From Trueperaceae bacterium (GTDB lineage Bacteria > Deinococcota > Deinococci > Deinococcales > Trueperaceae), in assembly GCA_965213925.1 (NCBI GenBank), contig OZ243927.1, positions 4,448,001-4,512,000 on the forward strand: DNA of 64,000 nt, given 5' to 3'. The position numbers were made by a program, and so were the translations under genes. Positions 59,649 through 64,000 of this stretch are shown piece after piece. Positions within the stretch are counted from its first letter, which is position 1. The number at the start of each line of letters is the position of its first letter. The notes below the pieces were generated by a model, which ran no database searches, was not told the origin of the DNA, and saw only the letters and a program-made list of their open reading frames with translations.

Positions 59649-60812
59649 ATGAACAGGGCGAACATTGTGGCGAGGCTGAAACGTCAGGCAGTCGAGACGC
59701 CCTCATGGGGCTACGGCGACTCGGGCACGCGCTTTAAGACCTTTCCCGCACCGGGGGCGGCGCAAACCGTCTGGCAGAAGGTCGCGGACGCGGGCTTTGT
59801 GCACCGTATGACGGGGGCGGCACCTTCGGTGGCGCTCCACATTCCCTGGGACAAAGTGGACGATTACGGCGAGTTGCGCGACTACGCGCAGGGCCAGGGC
59901 GTGCGGCTCGGCGCGATCAACCCGAATACCTTTCAGGACGACGCCTACAAGCTCGGCTCGCTCTGCCACCCGAAAGAAGAGGTGCGGCAGCAGGCGTTGG
60001 AGCACATGTTGGAATGCTGCGACATCATGAGACAAACGGACAGCAAGGTACTAAGCATCTGGCTCGCTGACGGCACGAATTATCCCGGTCAGGATGATTT
60101 GGTACGGCGTAAAGAACACCTCGCAGAAGGGCTCAAGACGGTGCACGACGCGCTACCCAAAGACTCTAAGATGCTCATCGAATATAAGTTCTTTGAGCCC
60201 GCTTTCTACCACACCGACTTAGCCGATTGGGGCACGGCGTACGTCATGAGCCTCAAATGCGGCGACAACGCGCAGGTCTTGGTGGACACCGGGCATCACC
60301 CACTGAGCACCAACATTCCGCACATCGTGAGCTTCCTTTTAAGCGAAAACAAGCTCGGCGGCTTCCACTTCAATAACCGCAACTACGCCGACGACGACCT
60401 CGTCGTGGGAAGCCAAAACCCCTTCGACCTCTTCGACATCTACACCAAAATTGTGCCGTTCGGGGAGCGCGGCGAAGCGGTCGCGTACATGATCGACCAG
60501 AGCCACAATATCGAGCCTAAGTTAGAGGCGATGGTCTTGTCCGTGGTGAACTGTCAGGTCGCGCTCGCCAAAGCGCTTTTGGTGGACTATGACGCGCTGC
60601 GGGACGCGCAGCAGAACGAGGATGTGCTGGGCGCTCACCGCATTCTGATGGACGCCTTTCAGAGCGATGTGCGCCCACTACTCCAAGAGGTCCGCACCGA
60701 GATGGGCGCACCCGCTGACCCCTTGACGGCGGTGCGCGAGGACGAGTATCCGAAGCGAGTGATTGAGGAAAGAGGTACAGGGAGCGGGGGTGGCGGCTAT
60801 CCGACGGCGTAG
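59649..60812 (+). CDS. rhaI: L-rhamnose isomerase (RhaI type)
   Basis: ETPSWGYGDSGTRF, LHIPWD, WLADGTNYPGQ, EYKFFEP.FY, GGFHFN, DDDL, MIDQSHN. Confidence 0.93.
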   Translation: MNRANIVARLKRQAVETPSWGYGDSGTRFKTFPAPGAAQTVWQKVADAGFVHRMTGAAPSVALHIPWDKVDDYGELRDYAQGQGVRLGAINPNTFQDDAYKLGSLCHPKEEVRQQALEHMLECCDIMRQTDSKVLSIWLADGTNYPGQDDLVRRKEHLAEGLKTVHDALPKDSKMLIEYKFFEPAFYHTDLADWGTAYVMSLKCGDNAQVLVDTGHHPLSTNIPHIVSFLLSENKLGGFHFNNRNYADDDLVVGSQNPFDLFDIYTKIVPFGERGEAVAYMIDQSHNIEPKLEAMVLSVVNCQVALAKALLVDYDALRDAQQNEDVLGAHRILMDAFQSDVRPLLQEVRTEMGAPADPLTAVREDEYPKRVIEERGTGSGGGGYPTA

Positions 60813-60983
60813 GCGAAACAGATTCACCGTAGCGGGAAGATATGCGGGTGGATATTTGGTGGGAACGTGCAATATAAGCAGGGGCTTGCAACGCTTCGTT
60901 TCGGAAAATATACCTTGTAACCTATCGGCTTTGAAGGACTCGAGCCTAGCCCCTGCTACCTCTCTAGGAATAGGAGTTCATCC

Positions 60984-63173
60984 ATGAGCCAAACCATCCC
61001 CGACTTCCAACACGTCACTTACGGCTGGGACGACGCTCACGCCGATACGCTCGACCCAGTGGAGCGCCTCGTCTACCGCTCGAACCTTTTAGGACAAGAC
61101 CAGCGCATCACCAATACGGGCGGCGGCAACACCAGCAGTAAGCTGACGATGAGCGACCCCCTAACAGATGAAGAGGTCCAAGTTTTATGGGTTAAAGGCT
61201 CGGGCGGCGACCTGCGCACCGCTAAGCGCGAAAACTTCGCCTCGCTCTACATGGACAAGCTGATGCGGCTTAGGGATATTTACACTTCGGCGGAGAATAA
61301 GGGCGTTAAAACACCGATCGAGGATGAGATGGTGGCGATGTATCCGCATACGACCTACAACCTCAACTCGAGAGCCAGTTCAATCGACACCCCTCTTCAC
61401 GCCTTCATCCCGCGCAAGCACGTGGACCATACGCATCCTATCGCCGTTATCGCCATCGCCGCCTCGGAAGACGGGGAAGCCTTGACCCGCGAAATCTACG
61501 GCGACGAAATTGGCTGGATTCCTTGGCAGCGCCCCGGTTTCGACTTGGGCGTGGCGATGCAGGAGAAGCTCGAGCAAAACCCCAATCTCAAAGGTCTGGT
61601 GATGGGGCAGCACGGGCTCATCAACTGGGCGGACGACGACAAGGAATGTTATGAGCGGTCGCTCGAGCTCATCGAAAAAGCGGCGCGGTTTACCGAGTCT
61701 AAGACGAGTGACGAGCCTTTCGGCGGCGCGAAAGTTCAACCGTTGGACGAAACCGAAAGAAACGACCTTTTAGCGGAAGTCCTGCCTAAGCTGCGCGGCA
61801 TGGTCTCGCAGGAGCGCAAGTTCATCGGGACGGTGGAGGCTCGGGAGGAGGTCGTGCAGTTCGTGAGCAGCGCCGACGCGCCGCGTCTAGCCGAGTTGGG
61901 GACTTCGTGCCCTGACCACTTCTTGCGGACGAAGATAAAGCCTTTGTATGTGGATTGGAACCCTCGAGAGGGCGGCGCAGAGGATTTAGTAGCGGCGCTA
62001 GAACGCGGCTTAGCGCAGTACCGCAAAGACTACGCCGAGTATTACGAAACGTGTAAACACCCTGACTCGCCCGCCATGCGCGACCCCAACCCCACCGTCG
62101 TCCTCATCCCCGGCGTCGGTCTCATCGCGTGGGGCAAAAACAAGAGCGAGTCGCGGGTCACGGCGGAGTTCTATACCTCCGCCATCGGCGTGATGCGCGG
62201 GGCGGAAGCGGTGTCGCGTTACCGCTCGCTGCCACAGCAAGAAGCCTTCGACATCGAGTATTGGGCGCTCGAGGAGGCGAAGCTCCAGCGGATGCCCCCG
62301 GAGAAGGCGTTTGCAAGAGAGGTCGTCGTCGTCGTGGGTGCGGGCAGCGGCATCGGCGGCGCAGTGGCGGCGCGGGTAGCGCAAGAGGGGGCGCACGTCG
62401 TCTGTGCGGACTTGGACGCGGCGGCAGCAGAAGCTACAGCGGATGCACTGATAGAAACGCATGGGCAAGGCATCGGCGTGGCGGGGACGGGGGTCTCGAG
62501 CTGTGGTCCCGCCCTCGCTGCTGAGGTGGATATTACGGCGCGTTCTAACGTTCAAGCTATGCTCAGTAAGGTCGTTCTCGCCTACGGCGGACTCGACCAC
62601 CTCATCGTCACGGCGGGCGTCTTCTTTTCGCCGGACGCCTCGGGAGGTCTCTCCGAAGAGAGGTGGCGCACCACCTTTGACGTGAACGTCATCGGCAGCC
62701 ACCTCGCCTCTAACGAAGCGCGGCGCATCTGGGACGCGCAAGGATTGAAAGGCTCACTTGTTCTGACCACTAGCGTCAACGGCGTCGTACCGAAAACGGG
62801 CTCGCTCGCTTACGACACCTCCAAAGCAGCGGCAAATCATCTCGTGCGCGAACTTGCGGTTGAACTCGCGCCCAAGGTCCGCGTGAACGCTCTTGCGCCC
62901 GCCACCGTCGTTGAAGGGAGCAGCATGTTTCCCCGCGAAAGGGTGGAAAGTTCGCTCACTAAATACAGTGTAGATTTCTCAGAAGAGGAGGATACCGGAG
63001 CGTTACGCGACAAACTCGCCGCCTTCTACGCCGAGCGCACGCTCACCAAAGCGCCGATCACGCTCGCCGACCAAGCGGAAGTCGCCTATCTCTTATGTAC
63101 CGGCGCGTTCGCTAAAACGACGGGGCACATCTTCAGCGTGGACGGGGGTTTGACGGAGGCATTTCTGCGCTAA
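60984..63173 (+). CDS. Bifunctional rhamnulose-1-phosphate aldolase / short-chain dehydrogenase (RhaEW-like)
   Basis: GGGNTS.K, SIDTPLH, GTSCPDHFLRTK, IEYWALEEAKL; SDR GAGSGIG and YDTSK. Confidence 0.93.
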   Translation: MSQTIPDFQHVTYGWDDAHADTLDPVERLVYRSNLLGQDQRITNTGGGNTSSKLTMSDPLTDEEVQVLWVKGSGGDLRTAKRENFASLYMDKLMRLRDIYTSAENKGVKTPIEDEMVAMYPHTTYNLNSRASSIDTPLHAFIPRKHVDHTHPIAVIAIAASEDGEALTREIYGDEIGWIPWQRPGFDLGVAMQEKLEQNPNLKGLVMGQHGLINWADDDKECYERSLELIEKAARFTESKTSDEPFGGAKVQPLDETERNDLLAEVLPKLRGMVSQERKFIGTVEAREEVVQFVSSADAPRLAELGTSCPDHFLRTKIKPLYVDWNPREGGAEDLVAALERGLAQYRKDYAEYYETCKHPDSPAMRDPNPTVVLIPGVGLIAWGKNKSESRVTAEFYTSAIGVMRGAEAVSRYRSLPQQEAFDIEYWALEEAKLQRMPPEKAFAREVVVVVGAGSGIGGAVAARVAQEGAHVVCADLDAAAAEATADALIETHGQGIGVAGTGVSSCGPALAAEVDITARSNVQAMLSKVVLAYGGLDHLIVTAGVFFSPDASGGLSEERWRTTFDVNVIGSHLASNEARRIWDAQGLKGSLVLTTSVNGVVPKTGSLAYDTSKAAANHLVRELAVELAPKVRVNALAPATVVEGSSMFPRERVESSLTKYSVDFSEEEDTGALRDKLAAFYAERTLTKAPITLADQAEVAYLLCTGAFAKTTGHIFSVDGGLTEAFLR

Positions 63174-63369
63174 ACTTCTGTGACTCCGCCCGCGTCTGCA
63201 CGTACAGCCCGAGCAATCTCCTCGAGTCGCTCCGACTTTGTTTCAGCGTCCTCACGTTCTGGCTTCGTCCACTCAGACCGGATGAAAGTGCACCCTAAAG
63301 CCAGCGGGGTGACGCGTTGAAAAGGTAAGAGGGGTTCAAACCCAGCCTCAAGGGGTATACCTGCTATAC

Positions 63370-63981
63370 TTGCAACTCAGATTGAACTTGGCAAAAGAAA
63401 CCCTTGTGTTTGAGCGAGCGGGCGACCTGCGCGAATGGGTTTGGGCGACGCTTATGAAAGAGCGTCAGGTCGCTTACCCCTTACCGCCGCGCGGCCATCA
63501 TCCAAACTTCAAGGGTGCGGGCGAGGCGGCGGCGCGGCTCGTGACGTACTTGGTCGAGCACGCCTACCTTAGCCCCGGCGACACCGTTATCAGCTATCCC
63601 GACTACGTCCTTAAACCGCTCCGCAAAGCCCTCTTGGAAGCAGGTATCAGCGTCGTCGTGCCTGCGAAATACGGTCGCGGCTACCGCTTGTTGGACGCTC
63701 AGAAGGTACCGGCTAAAGGAGCCTCGAGCATCGCAGGCGCAGAGCGGCACGGCGCGTTCGTCACGGCGTTGCCGACCCTGAAAATGGCCTTTCTCGCGTG
63801 CGTCGCTATAGGTGAACAGGGCGAGGTCTTAGATAAAGGCTACGGCTTTAGCTTGCCCGGAGCGCTCGGCGAGTTGCCCAAGGCGACCCTAGCGCATCCG
63901 CTCCAGCGCTTTAAGACCTTGCCTGAGAAAACCTCTTCTGTGAAGTTTTATGCTACGCCCGAAACGGTGTGGAAGAAGTAA
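63370..63981 (+). CDS. 5-formyltetrahydrofolate cyclo-ligase-like protein (start uncertain)
   Basis: LREWVW...PLPP.G..PNFKGA, PD..LKPLR..LL, DKGYGF, T..HPLQ. Confidence 0.6.
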   Translation: MQLRLNLAKETLVFERAGDLREWVWATLMKERQVAYPLPPRGHHPNFKGAGEAAARLVTYLVEHAYLSPGDTVISYPDYVLKPLRKALLEAGISVVVPAKYGRGYRLLDAQKVPAKGASSIAGAERHGAFVTALPTLKMAFLACVAIGEQGEVLDKGYGFSLPGALGELPKATLAHPLQRFKTLPEKTSSVKFYATPETVWKK

Positions 63982-64000
63982 GGAATTTGCCAGCACCGCC

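Noticed and set aside
60828..60959. REP-like AGCAGGGGCT / AGCCCCTGCT inverted pair between rhaI and the aldolase
   Set aside because: Only a 10-bp stem with a single copy in the window; cannot be assigned.
80..63750. Numerous antisense and alternate-frame ORFs in the track
   Set aside because: Shadow ORFs typical of GC-rich coding DNA, with no motifs or translation signals.
1..64000. tRNA, rRNA, prophage or integrase
   Set aside because: None recognised by eye; a covariance-model search would be needed to exclude small RNAs in the long spacers (15.4-16.0, 19.9-20.5, 21.6-22.2, 43.0-43.3 kb).

Overview
GC-rich bacterial DNA, probably Deinococcota (Truepera-like). This is an inference from many leaderless TAnnnT-N5-6-start promoters and a Deinococcus SNR-like repeat. 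There are five blocks. (1) 1-17.9 kb: a Wzx/Wzy exopolysaccharide locus (Wzc, Wzy, 5 glycosyltransferases, WcaK-like pyruvyltransferase, Wzx), flanked by a sulfotransferase, a stand-alone divergent murA-murB pair and a lipoprotein clan GH-A hydrolase. (2) 18-21.6 kb: a cation/H+ antiporter, a small hypothetical gene and a stand-alone dsRNA-binding-domain protein. (3) 22.2-26.8 kb: a circularly permuted ATP-grasp / alpha-E (Gln/Ser tail) / two-transglutaminase operon. (4) 26.8-29.9 kb: an IS1-family element inside a small AT-rich gene, plus intact and decayed toxin-antitoxin modules. (5) 32-63.2 kb: a sugar-catabolism super-locus with 3 ABC systems, 5 sugar kinases, 4 aldolases, isomerases, dehydrogenases and an L-rhamnose module whose DeoR gene sits between perfect 98-bp inverted repeats. 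The best candidates for undescribed biology are the EPS-linked MurA/MurB pair (possible lactyl-ether tailoring of the polysaccharide), the inverted-repeat-bracketed deoR cassette, the repeat with a flipped internal cassette, and the uncharacterised sugar pathway. All functional calls come from motif recognition by eye; no database search was run.
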